Positions 55,348 to 63,879 of a stretch of 64,000 nucleotides of DNA are shown here, one piece after another (positions within the stretch are counted from its first letter, which is position 1; each line of letters starts with the position of its first letter). The position numbers and the translations under genes were made by a program. This stretch comes from Octopus sinensis (taxonomy: Eukaryota), in the NCBI RefSeq assembly GCF_006345805.1, contig NW_021836308.1:1-64000 (forward strand), in the 5' to 3' direction. The notes under the pieces are model-generated. The model was not told where the DNA came from and ran no database searches. It saw only the letters and a list, made by a program, of their open reading frames with translations.

Positions 55348-56244
55348 TAAATTAGAGACAAATCAAACAATGAAAGACTTAAACCAATACATATGATTAA
55401 TTAATATTATTTAAATATGTAACAATTATTAAAAAATATAATTAATATCCACTACGATCGTTTCCTGTCTGCTGTCTTTAAATTTTTGAGTCGCAGTCAT
55501 TCATCAAGTGGTTTCAAAATCTAAAATATAATCAATATTTTTAAGATATAAATAATATATATAATCTAAAATAATAATTTACTTATAATAAACTCTATTA
55601 TTAAATATGATTATATCGAAATCGACTATAATGTTAAATATTAACTTTAATTTATAAGGTAGAAAACCCATATTCTAATATCAATATTAGTCTATATCTA
55701 ATTACATAAATATTTAAAATGACTAATATATATAAATTATCAATTGATAATTTATATATATTAGTCATTTTAAATATTTATGTAATTAGATATAGACTAA
55801 TATTGATATTAGAATATGGGTTTTCTACCTTATAAATTAAAGTTAATTTATAAAGTTAAATTATAGTCGATTTCAATATAATCATATTTAATAATAGAGT
55901 TTATTATAAGTAAATTATTATTTTAGATTATATATATTATTTATATCTTAAAAATATTGATTATATTTTAGATTTTGAAACCACTTGATGAATGACTGTG
56001 ACTCAAAAATTTAAAGACAGCAGACAGGAAACGATCGTAGTGGATATTAATTATATTTTTTAATAATTGTTACATATTTAAATAATATTAATTAATCATA
56101 TGTATTGGCTTAAGTCTTTCATTGTTTGATTTGCCTAATAGTGGTTTTGTCTCTAATTTAATATAATATAATATTTTACTATAAAATTGGATGCAATCCT
56201 AAATCTGATTTTTCCCTGTAAGTTTGGATTTATTCCCTAATATT

Positions 56245-56279
<35 letters not shown>

Positions 56280-56401
56280 TGTATATATACATATAGATGT
56301 AGGTATGTACATATATGTATGTATGCATATGTTTTATTTGTTAAATTGTTATTATATGATTGAACGCCTCGCGTCACTTTCTTATTTCTCCAAGTAAGTT
56401 T

Positions 56402-56433
<32 letters not shown>

Positions 56434-59400
56434 TCATCATCATCATCATCATCATCGTTTAACGTCCGTTTTCCGCGCTAGCATGGGTTGGACGGTTTCG
56501 ACCGGGGTCTGGGGAGCTCGGGACTGCCCCAGGCTCCAGTCTAGTCTGGCAGTGTTTCTACAGCTGGATGCCCTCCTAACGCCAACCACTCCGCGAGTGT
56601 AGTGGGTGTTTTTTACGTGCCACCTGCACAGGTGCCAGAGGGGTCTGGCATCGGCCACGTTCGGATGGTGCTTTTTATATGGGGGGGGGGTTGCAGAAAT
56701 ATAGGGGAGCACCAGTGGGAGGGGTGGTTCAGAGGACAGGTACTAGGCAAGTAGAACGTAGGTATATCGAGAGAGGGGTAATGCATGGTGAAATAGCGTA
56801 TTGAAGAGGGGGGTTCAAAGAGTAGACACCTATAATGGTGGTGGGGGGTGCAGAAATATAGGGGAGCACCAGTGGGAGGGGTGGTTCAGAGGACAGGTTC
56901 TAGGCAAGTAGAACGTAGGATATCGAGAGGGGTAATGCATGGTGAAATAGCGTATTGAAGAGGGGGGTTCAAGAGTAGACACCTATAATGGTGGTGGGAG
57001 AAAACGACCTCCGTATAGGTTGGAGCAAAATAGAGATATCCGGTATTGGTGGTGGGGGTGGGTAGGGCGGGCGCGCGCGCGAAGAATCGGCACCAATTTC
57101 TAATCAGCCCTGTAGGGAGATAGATCTTAAATATCTATAACGATAACTAGTGAATTATACAGAATATGCAAAAACGAGGCGAGGCTGAAATAGTAAACAG
57201 AGTGGCGACTAGGGGGATCAGAATAATAATAATTAATAAATAATAATAATAAATAGAGATACGGATGAATTAAAGTTCAAAGATTTCTTATCTTGGGATC
57301 ACTTCGTTTACGGACAGACTTGGCAAAAGGAATTCGGAATCAAGAATGAGGCAGGTTACTAGCTTAAGTATGCATAGCCATGGCGAGGAGTAGGAAGAGA
57401 GGAGTCCAGACAGACAATGTAAAAAGAGGGGAAGAGAAACCCCGCGAAGAATCGGCAGCCAATTTCTAATCAGCCCTGTAAGGGAGATAGATCTTAAATA
57501 TCTATAACGATAACTAGTGAATTATACAGAATATGCAAAAACGAGGCGAGGCTGAAATAGTAAGAGAGAGAGAGGGAGAGGTGGAGAGAGAGAGAGAGTG
57601 TGTGTGTGTGTGTGTGTGTGGTTGCATAGTGTGAATTTATCACTTAAAAAAAATATACATACCTTCCCATACTGTGGGTCATCAAATTCAGACCAATACT
57701 TAAGTTCATATAGTAACTTATAGGCATTCATTCCTATATTAGAATAGGTGAGCTTTATTTCACCATACTGCTGAAAAGGGTCTACTGATGGCAAGGATGT
57801 GAATGAAATATTAGAAAGCTGAGGGAAACGAACTGCAAAAGAGAAAGAATAAATATTAAGCAAATCATCATCATCATCCTCATCATAATCACCATCATTA
57901 TCATTTTAACATCCACTTTTCCATGCTTGCAAGAGGTGGACAGAGTTTATTGAAGCTGATTTTCTATGGTTGGATGTCCTACCGGTCACCAACCTTCAAG
58001 CAAGGTAGTACTTCCTCATCGCCAGACATGTTGGTTCTCACAGACTATTGGTAATGAATGACACTGCTTGTATGACAGTGACACTCATTTACGACTATCA
58101 TGTAATGTTAAGACATGTACACGCACACACACACCTCTGTCCCTGGCATAAAGCCACCTCTCTACCTTCTCGAATTCTCACCACCAATTAGTCAAAAATG
58201 CTTTTCCCTCTTTTTTTATCGTTTCTTGTTCTTTTCTGTCTTGCAAATTACACATCAACCCCACTAATGTTGGTGCCATTAAAAAAAGCACCCGGTACAC
58301 ACTGTAAAGTAGTTGGTATGAGGAAGGGTGGCGAGCTGGAATAAAGGCGGCGAGCTGGCAGAATCGTTAGCACGCCGGGCGAAATGCTTACCAGTATTTC
58401 GTCTGCCGCTACGTTCTGAGTTCAAATTCCGCCGAGGTCGACTTTGCCTTTCATCCTTTCGGGGTCGATTAAATAAGTACCAGTTACGCACTGGGGTTGA
58501 TATAATCGACTTAATCCGTTTGTCTGTCCTTTCTGTGTTTAGCCCCTTGTGGGTAGTAAAGAAACAGGTATGAGGAAGGGCATCCTGTCATAGAAATAAA
58601 GCTAAAGCTGGTTTTGGAGCATGATGCAGCCTTGTGGCTCACCAGATCCTGTCAAACCATCCAACATGCCAGCATGGAAAATGGATGTTAAAATTATAAT
58701 GGAGATGTTCATGAATGAATGAATGATGACGGTGTAGGCATGGCCACACCTTAAACAGCCATACCTTCACTTTATTTGGAAAGTAAACTAAACCATGGCA
58801 AAGAAAAATTGTTATATATTTACTTTAGTTGGACTGTTGTCCTCATCTTGTTGCTTTCACTACATTTTGGCTGTGTATCCTCCAGCCTTCTTCAGGTGTC
58901 TTCTTAACGTATTTATTAAGGCAATGCAGTCACCTAGAGTTCCTGAGTTCAATCCCAAGGTGAAGTCACCCAAAAAATATTAACTGAACCAAAATATGTC
59001 ACAATGACACAAGACACCTGAAGAAAGGTCGGGTCATACACAGGTGAAATGTACTCAAGACGAGTATACCATTTTGACTAAACTAAATTTACAGTTGACA
59101 AGTAACTCACCCCCTTGAGGGTTGTTGGGGTACTGCAGTCATGCAACATATCTAGGATGAGAAAGCTTGGCGGAGCCTATCCCTCTCCAGGCTAAACTCA
59201 TTTCTATAGCTGAGTGGAATGGAGCAACATGAAATGAAGTGTTTTGCTCAAGAACACAACAGATTGCCCAGTCTAAGGATTGAAACCACAATCTTACAGT
59301 CATGAATCCAAGAACCTAACCACTAAGTGATGCGCCTCCACCAGTGGTACTCATTTCTACAGCTGAGTGAACTGGAGCAACGTGAAGTGAAGTGTTTTGC

Positions 59401-60092
59401 TCAAGGACACAACACATCACCCGGTCCAGGAATCGAAACCACAATCTTACGATAATGAATCCAACACCTTAACCACTAAGCCACGCACTTCAACACATCA
59501 CCCGGTCCAGGAATCGAAACCACAATCTTACGATAATGAATCCAACACCTTAACCACTAAGCCACGCACTTCAACACATCACCCGGTCCAGGAATCAAAA
59601 CCACAATCTTACGATAATGAATCCAACACCTTAACCACTAAGCCACGCACTTCAACACATCACCTGGTCCAGGAATCAAAACCACAATCTTACGATAATG
59701 AATCCAACACCTTAACCACTAAGCCACGCACTTCAACACATCACCCGGTCCGGGAATCGAAACCACAATCTTACGATAATGAATCCAACACCTTAACCAC
59801 TAAGCCACGCACTTCCACAAGTAAAAACATAATATAAATTCCTCATCTCAAAACTATAGAAAAACTGTCAATAGAAATTAGAAACGGATTAAAATTCTAA
59901 ACAAAAGTAAGTTACTTACTTGGTATATTTTCCTTCAGTTTGGTTTCTATTTTAGTCACATGACCATAATTGTTAGTGGAAGTGATGTTGAATTTAAAAT
60001 ATAACCAGTTTTCAGTGAGATACATGTAGGAGGTCTTGTTGTATTCTTCTTCACTGCAGTTAGACCAGACTTTTTTGTTTTTGGAATGTTGA
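15983..60092 (-). CDS. Type I cytokine receptor, gp130/LIFR/Domeless-like (13 exons in window, 5' end outside or unrecognised)
   Basis: 13 GT-AG exons with matching phases give 2521 nt = 1 carried-over base + 839 codons + stop. FN3 signatures (LxPxTxY, W..P, NGxLxGY), degenerate WSxWS (GLWNPP), single TM, Box1-like IDIELP, about a dozen N-glycosylation sequons. Orthology not established. Confidence 0.88.
18919..19113. repeat. Foldback: ~74-bp inverted arms with ~47-bp spacer
   Basis: tgctatatacaattgaagatcggaaaatgtac... / ...gtacattttccgatcttcagttgtatatagca. Confidence 0.85.
19112..19500 (+). mobile_element. DINE-1/Lep1-like non-autonomous Helitron-type element
   Basis: Starts ACTAGCAGTATCGCCCGGTGTTGCTCGGG (subterminal inverted repeat); ends gacagac...cacttttatatata. 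Confidence 0.55.
19812..19850 (-). CDS. Receptor exon 12 (39-nt symmetrical cytoplasmic exon)
   Basis: aatttcag|AAT ... AAT|gtaagt; [13 protein letters not shown]; phase 0-0, so it could be skipped without frameshift. Confidence 0.75.
20240..20520 (+). mobile_element. RTE-type LINE 3' end fragment
   Basis: [33 protein letters not shown], typical RTE ORF terminus. Confidence 0.6.
20995..21250. repeat. (ACC/ACT/GCC)n trinucleotide tract directly after the Box1 exon donor
   Basis: Direct inspection. Confidence 0.9.
21255..21300 (-). CDS. Receptor exon 11 (juxtamembrane basic stretch + Box1-like)
   Basis: tttcag|A TAC ... GAG|gtaagt; [16 protein letters not shown]; 46 nt. Confidence 0.88.
21790..22570. 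mobile_element. Rearranged pLTR-like repeat cluster (direct and inverted partial copies) carrying HHR 22019-22062
   Basis: 21790-21900 repeated at 22148-22265; 22058-22090 inverted at 22506-22540. Confidence 0.55.
22019..22062 (-). ncRNA. Type I hammerhead ribozyme, intact core, GUC site
   Basis: CUGGA-CUGAUGA-CGGG(caaga)CCCA-GAAA-CAUGCAUG-UC-UCCAG; stem I 5 bp perfect, stem III palindrome ACAUGCAUGU; C.A mismatch at base of stem II. Confidence 0.78.
22570..23005 (+). mobile_element. RTE-clade LINE RT fragment
   Basis: LQYADD ... KTKILSQP ... [12 protein letters not shown] ... STLLYGCES ... DIRKLER, frameshifted. Confidence 0.78.
23005..23048 (+). ncRNA. 5'-damaged hammerhead ribozyme
   Basis: (g)CGAUGA-A-GGAUAU(ccaua)AUAUCC-CA-GAAA-CAGCUG-UA; stem I 5' strand missing. 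Confidence 0.55.
23877..23970 (-). CDS. Receptor exon 10 (transmembrane helix)
   Basis: ttttgcag|CT GAT ... ATG AA|gtaagt; [30 protein letters not shown]; 94 nt, phase 1 to 2. Confidence 0.92.
25845..26040. mobile_element. piggyBac-type MITE (related partial copy ~17738-17920)
   Basis: TTAA-CCATTTAG ... CTAAAGGG-TTAA termini. Confidence 0.55.
26223..26381 (-). CDS. Receptor exon 9 (membrane-proximal FN3 C-half)
   Basis: tttttag|GT AGT ... TTA T|gtaaat; ...[34 protein letters not shown] (LxPxTxY motif); 159 nt. Confidence 0.9.
27477..27617 (-). CDS. Receptor exon 8 (membrane-proximal FN3 N-half)
   Basis: gtttcag|CA AAA ... AAT G|gtaggg; [38 protein letters not shown]...; 141 nt; not in ORF track. 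Confidence 0.88.
28203..28960 (+). mobile_element. Internally deleted mariner element
   Basis: [19 protein letters not shown] (N-terminal HTH) and HEDNVPCH...PDLAP...KRQLKG (catalytic C-terminus). Confidence 0.8.
28985..29575. repeat. (TG)n/(TGTA)n microsatellite
   Basis: Direct inspection. Confidence 0.95.
32781..32815 (-). ncRNA. Minimal hammerhead ribozyme, U4C variant
   Basis: GUUU-CCGACGA-A-GAGC(ucc)GCUC-GAAA-C-GUU-AAAC. Confidence 0.6.
33378..33525 (-). CDS. Receptor exon 7 (FN3 C-half)
   Basis: tttcag|GAT ... AAA C|gtaagt; [16 protein letters not shown]...[16 protein letters not shown]; 148 nt. Confidence 0.88.
34913..35064 (-). CDS. Receptor exon 6 (FN3 N-half)
   Basis: (t)n acctctcag|TA CCC ... 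ATG|gtgagc; [23 protein letters not shown]...VTIFFC...YCM; 152 nt. Confidence 0.88.
35190..35710 (+). mobile_element. Interspersed repeat family F (related pieces 50080-51050)
   Basis: gatcttaactgattggaagtg...ggggagcatcatagccatg...ctgcaaggtca shared between copies. Confidence 0.65.
36331..36456. repeat. 126-bp near-perfect palindrome
   Basis: Centre GACTCT|AGAGTC at 36393/36394. Confidence 0.9.
36660..38500 (+). mobile_element. Penelope-like retroelement (RT + GIY-YIG), decayed
   Basis: [34 protein letters not shown]; frameshifted IFQC...[20 protein letters not shown]; HHR-like remnant at 38416-38493. Confidence 0.85.
38590..38970 (+). mobile_element. CR1/L2-type LINE 3' end
   Basis: [21 protein letters not shown]...FKTKLDLFL. 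Confidence 0.7.
38975..40503. repeat. ~1.5-kb degenerate (TA)n array
   Basis: Almost only A/T with sparse C; recurring atatataaatatacatatt motif. Confidence 0.95.
40806..41034 (-). CDS. Receptor exon 5 (FN3 C-half)
   Basis: tttccag|AAA ATT ... AAA G|gtttgc; [18 protein letters not shown]...FAITTVN...RVGEK; 229 nt. Confidence 0.88.
41960..42390. repeat. Two tandem copies of an interspersed MITE-like repeat (related fragment ~25700-25845)
   Basis: 41978-42150 repeated at 42230-42390; first copy starts TTAA-CCCT. Confidence 0.55.
42395..42850. mobile_element. RTE LINE fragment with 5' inversion
   Basis: Minus strand [10 protein letters not shown]...FTYLSS...RINKARIAF...VWNAS; plus strand [14 protein letters not shown]...KWKWIG. 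Confidence 0.75.
42973..43082 (+). ncRNA. Type I hammerhead ribozyme with ~85-nt extended stem II
   Basis: UCU-CUGAAGA-[GGC..GGGCA..GCCUCAUUUA..ACCU / AGGU..UAAAUGAGGU..UGCCC..GCC]-GAAA-CAGCUG-UC-AGA. Confidence 0.75.
43965..44450 (+). mobile_element. SINE/non-autonomous family E with (GAT)n tail (other copies ~18590, 20520, 31390, 48200, 54165, 56435, 62090, 63420)
   Basis: tgccggtggcacgtaaaaagcacc internal repeats; ggaagggcatccagctgtagaaac; gttaaacgatgatgatg tail. Confidence 0.75.
44520..45302 (+). mobile_element. Internally deleted Tc1/mariner (maT/DD37D-like) element
   Basis: [28 protein letters not shown]-like, [16 protein letters not shown]; right end CACCCTGTA-TA. Confidence 0.78.
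47498..47592 (-). CDS. Receptor exon 4 (FN3 N-half)
   Basis: ctttcag|CA CCT ... TGG GAG|gtaaga; [31 protein letters not shown]; 95 nt; not in ORF track. Confidence 0.88.
48620..49085 (+). mobile_element. CR1-like LINE 3' end with (TAACT)n tail
   Basis: [25 protein letters not shown] ... [13 protein letters not shown]; tail aacttaacttaactt. Confidence 0.8.
49275..49416 (-). CDS. Receptor exon 3 (C-half of second CBM FN3, degenerate WSxWS)
   Basis: tttttgcag|CAG ACC ... ACA G|gtaggt; [47 protein letters not shown]; 142 nt. Confidence 0.9.
51940..52185 (+). mobile_element. LINE 3' end fragment (CR1-like)
   Basis: [10 protein letters not shown]-like coding remnant followed by (tatcaag)n tail. 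Confidence 0.5.
52185..52775. repeat. (TA)n/(CA)n microsatellite complex
   Basis: Direct inspection. Confidence 0.9.
55449..55511 (-). ncRNA. Hammerhead-like motif (C3U) in left arm of large palindrome
   Basis: CCAC-UUGAUGA-stem II (CUGC/GCAG)-GAAA-CGAUCG-UA-GUGG. Confidence 0.55.
55981..56043 (+). ncRNA. Hammerhead-like motif (C3U) in right arm of large palindrome
   Basis: Mirror copy of 55449-55511. Confidence 0.55.
56681..57563. repeat. Purine-rich island: 157-bp tandem duplication plus ~119-bp direct repeats (57078-57196, 57443-57563)
   Basis: Direct sequence comparison. Confidence 0.75.
57663..57832 (-). CDS. Receptor exon 2 (N-half of second CBM FN3)
   Basis: tttgcag|TT CGT ... AAG|gtatgt; [10 protein letters not shown]...[16 protein letters not shown]; 170 nt, phase 1 to 0. 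Confidence 0.88.
58858..58900 (-). ncRNA. Degenerate hammerhead, same family as 15463
   Basis: GACAC-CUGAAGA-A-GGCUG...CAGCC-AAAA-U-GUA-GUG. Confidence 0.5.
59013..59055 (+). ncRNA. Degenerate hammerhead, same family as 15463
   Basis: GACAC-CUGAAGA...GAAA-U-GUA; stems eroded. Confidence 0.4.
59410..59814 (-). repeat. Five tandem 81-bp copies of a tRNA-like SINE head
   Basis: Unit includes TGGCTTAGTGG and GGTTTCGATTCC on minus strand. Confidence 0.9.
59920..60092 (-). CDS. Receptor exon 1 in window (C-half of first cytokine-binding FN3 domain)
   Basis: tttcag|T CAA ... CCA A|gtaagt; [16 protein letters not shown]...[10 protein letters not shown]...KENIP; 173 nt, phase 2 to 1. Confidence 0.85.
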
Positions 60093-60319
60093 CTGAAATG
60101 GCAAAACAAGCTTTCGTCTTTTATCTTTTACTTGTTTTAGTCACTAAACTGCGGCCATGCTGGGGCACTGCCTTGAAGAATTTTAGTCAATAAAATCAAC
60201 TTCAGTACTTTTTTTTTTAAACCTGGTACTTATTTTATTGGTCTCTTTGGCTGAACTGCTAAGTTATGGGAACATAAACACACCAGCAGGGATTCACCAA
60301 CTGTCAAGCAACAGTAGGG

Positions 60320-60595
60320 AAAAACACTGACACAATGGCATACATACATACATACAAACATGCATACATACATACATACATAATACATACATACATCATA
60401 CATACATACATAATACATACATACATACATACATAATACATACATACATACATACATAATACATACATACATACATACATACATAATACATACATACATA
60501 CATATATAATAAAAACATACATACATACATACATACATAATACATACATACATACATACATACATACATAATACATAATACATACATACATGATA
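60320..60595. repeat. (ATAC)n microsatellite
   Basis: Direct inspection. Confidence 0.92.
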
Positions 60596-61065
60596 TGATG
60601 ATGATGGCCGTCCACTCATGACCGAAGAAGACCATTGCTGACCTTCAGGAACATTGTGCGCTCTAGGACTAACTTATATTTTGCATTTGCAGCTCCATTG
60701 GTGGCTAATGAGCCCTGCTCTTGACAAGCATACAAGACTGCAAACATTGCAGACCAAGCTTTCCCCATTCACCATACGAGCCGTGCGCTTTCGCGCAGCT
60801 CGCTTAAGTTCTTCATGCTGGGTACGTGCTCTCTCAAAAGTGTCAATCCCCTCCTTAACCTGCTTCCTCCATCTGTGTCGATGACAGGCATTGTTCTCCC
60901 AGTCAGTGTCCTGCATATCACAGGCCTTTAATGAGGACTTAAATCGCAGCCTTGGTTTCTGCCGGAGTCTCCTTCCATTCACAAGTTCTCCTTTATGCAG
61001 ATGACTGTGACTTAGTCACTCATACAGTGGATGACATGCAAATACTCATGAATTGCATTTCTGGT
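60595..61065 (-). mobile_element. RTE LINE 3' end with inverted RT piece
   Basis: Minus strand GELVNGRR...RWRKQV...CNVC...GLISH and (ATC)n tail; plus strand LLYADD at ~60985-61060. Confidence 0.78.
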
Positions 61066-61089
61066 TCTTACATACATACATACATACAT

Positions 61090-61530
61090 ACAAGAGTATA
61101 CCCAAAAGTAACCAGAAACGTCCTCTGTGGAACAAGCTTGTTGTAGTTCAGGCATCTGTCACTAGAATCCACTTGATGTAACCCTCAGACATCAGTTTGC
61201 TGACCGGTTGTGTCCAGCGAACTCATATGGCTGTGTGATGGGTCTTTGTTTTGCAGTGCTTCTCTGCTGTTCAGCGATTTTTGCAATAGTTAAAACGAAG
61301 GAACAGTGTGCTTCGGTAAAATTCCATTTTCTGCTAGGGAAAATGGTAGCTGAAACAGTTGCCATGCTTCAAACAGCTTACAAGGACATTGCCACGAGCA
61401 AAACACAACTTTATGAGTGGTTTCCATGCTTTAGGAATGGTTGCGTGTCACTTGAAAACCAACCTCATTCAGAAGGACTGTTGACCTCCTGAACAAATGA
61501 AAACATCATGATCTTGGAGGACCGTCACCA
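61090..61530 (+). mobile_element. mariner 5' fragment
   Basis: EQCASVKFHFLLGKMVAETVAMLQTAYKD...YEWF. Confidence 0.72.
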
Positions 61531-61639
61531 AACTTGTTGATATGACTGGTGTGTCTGGCACTCTTAACCACTTCACTGAATGCCCATGGGCAACTATGGA
61601 GTGAATTTTAGGGCTTATAAATCTAATATTTTCCTATCC

Positions 61640-61900
61640 TTCCTTAATTACTAGTTTCCATATGCTGCTCATATCTGCACTCGGTCTGCTTAGGAGGTTA
61701 TTATGTTCTGGCATATGTACTGTCTCTTTTAGGTTTCGTATTTTCCAGTGGTGTTCTCTGTCTATTATTTTAACTTCATCCCACAGGGAGAGGTGGTCTC
61801 CATTTTTCCATACATGATCAGCTACACCCTATCTATTAATATCTCCTCATGTCAGAGCTTTGCGACGTCCCTCTACTCTTATTGTGAGTTAATTGAATAT
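61640..61900 (-). mobile_element. Penelope-like GIY-YIG C-terminal fragment
   Basis: GVADHVWKNGDHLSLWDEVKIIDREHHWKIRNLKE...NLLSRPS; two upstream stops; not in ORF track. Confidence 0.72.
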
Positions 61901-62449
61901 TAAGTTCATATTTCTGAGCATAATATTTTCAGAGGGGAAAACTATACCCTTAGATATTTTATTTGTTTTTGTAGGCAATGGGGCTTCACAGAGGCAAAAT
62001 GACAAATGGCAATATACTGTGCTTGAGAAGAAGACCCATCAAACGAAGTGAAATCAGAGTCACAAAAGATACTGGTTTTCACACAAACTGTCACCTGTGC
62101 TGATGGCATGTAAAAGGACCCATTACATTCTTGGAGTTGTTGGCGTTAGGAAGAGCACCTAGCCGCAGAAACCATGCCAAATCAAACTAGAGTGCGATGC
62201 AGCCTTGATCAAACAGACCAGCCCATACTAGCATGGACAATGGATGCTAAATGATGATCATGAGGTATATATATATAGATATATATAAACAAATGCATAT
62301 ATATAATATGATGAATGGTAATAATGGCACAATAAGCTTACTGAAATATACACTATTGCTAAAAGAAGTAGAATAATGTTTTTACGTATGTATGTATATG
62401 TTTATATGACATTGTGTATACAGTCACCATACATACACACACACACATG

Positions 62450-62481
<32 letters not shown>

Positions 62482-63007
62482 TACGACAGGCTTCTTTCAG
62501 TTTTCGCCTACCAAATCCACTCACAAGGCATTGGTCGGCCCGGGGCTATAGCAGAAGACACTTGCCCATGATGCCACGCAGTGGGACTGAACCCGGAACA
62601 ATGTGGTTGGTTAGCAAGCTACTTACCACACAGCCACTCCTGCATGCATTTTCTTCTTTGCTTTTGCGTTTGTCCCTCAGCACTGCTTGACAACTGGTGT
62701 TAGTTTCTTTGCATGTTCATGACTTAGCAGTTTAGCAAAAGGGATTACTGAATAAGGAGCAGACTTCAACATAAGTACTGGAATTGATTTGTTTAATTAA
62801 ACCCTTCAGCATGATCACAGTCCATTGAGTGAAATAAATAAAAAAATAATCATAAAAAAAAATTACGCCTATTAATCTTTTCCAATTCTCTTCATTTTTG
62901 TTTTTGCATGCACATCCACTGAACCACTAAGCGCATCAGTGCATGGCTTGGATATGTACAGTATCTTGTTTTAGTTTTGTATTTTCTGTTGTACAGAAAG
63001 TACTTTG

Positions 63008-63155
63008 TATACCGTAAATCCTCGAATATAGTCCGCCCTTGAGTATAATATGCAGGGGATTTTTAGGGGGCTGTACCTCTGAAAAACCTAAACCTTGTGT
63101 ATAATAACGCACCCCTTTTCTAACTTGAGTTAAGGAGGTCTATATAACGTCCTTG
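63008..63155 (+). mobile_element. pogo/Tc2-like DNA transposon end
   Basis: TA-TACCGTAAATCCTCGAATATAGTCCGC terminus. Confidence 0.45.
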
Positions 63156-63834
63156 GTTTGTAAAACCAATAGAATAAGTACTAGGCTTACAAAGAATAAG
63201 TCCTAGGGTCGATTTGCTCGGCTAAAGGCGGTGCTCCAGCATGGCCACAGTCAAATGACTGAAACAAGTAAAAGAGTAAAAGAGAGAGAGCTTCTTTATT
63301 TTCAAGTTTACTAGACCTAAACATGCACACACACACACACACACACACATTTTTAAGTAGGAGGCAGTGACAAGTGATCTAGAACTTTGGCGATATACCA
63401 TACTTGAAAAGACCTGTCAAATCAACTGAGATCATAGTCATGGCTGATTCCGGTGCTGCATCATAAGCACCCATGCTGGGGGGCATGTAAAAAGCACCCA
63501 CTACACTCTTGGAGTGGTTGACATTAGGAAGGGCATCCAGCCATAGAAACCGTGCCAAATCAGATTAGAACCTGGTACAGCTTCCCAGTTTTCAGCCAAA
63601 TAGTCCAACCCATGCCTGTATACTCTCTCTTTTACTCTTTTACTTGTTTCAGTCATTATGACTGCAGCCATGCTGGAGCACCGCCTTTAGTCGAGCAACT
63701 CGACCCCGGGACTTATTCTTTGTAAGCCCAGTATTTATTCTATCAGTCTCTTTTGCCGAACCGCTAAGTGACGGGGACGTAAACACACCAGCATCGGTTG
63801 TCAAGCAATGCTAGGGGGACAAACAGACACACAA

Positions 63835-63879
<45 letters not shown>

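Larger units (their letters stand above)
55341..56167. repeat. ~830-bp spacerless AT-rich palindrome
   Basis: Centre ATCAA|TTGAT at 55743/55744; arms near-identical with a few indels. Confidence 0.92.

Noticed and set aside
2897-59814. tRNA genes
   Set aside because: All tRNA-like segments lack a full cloverleaf or acceptor stem and run into repeat bodies; they are SINE heads
62865-62985. Possible upstream receptor exon
   Set aside because: Stops in all three frames from the best acceptor
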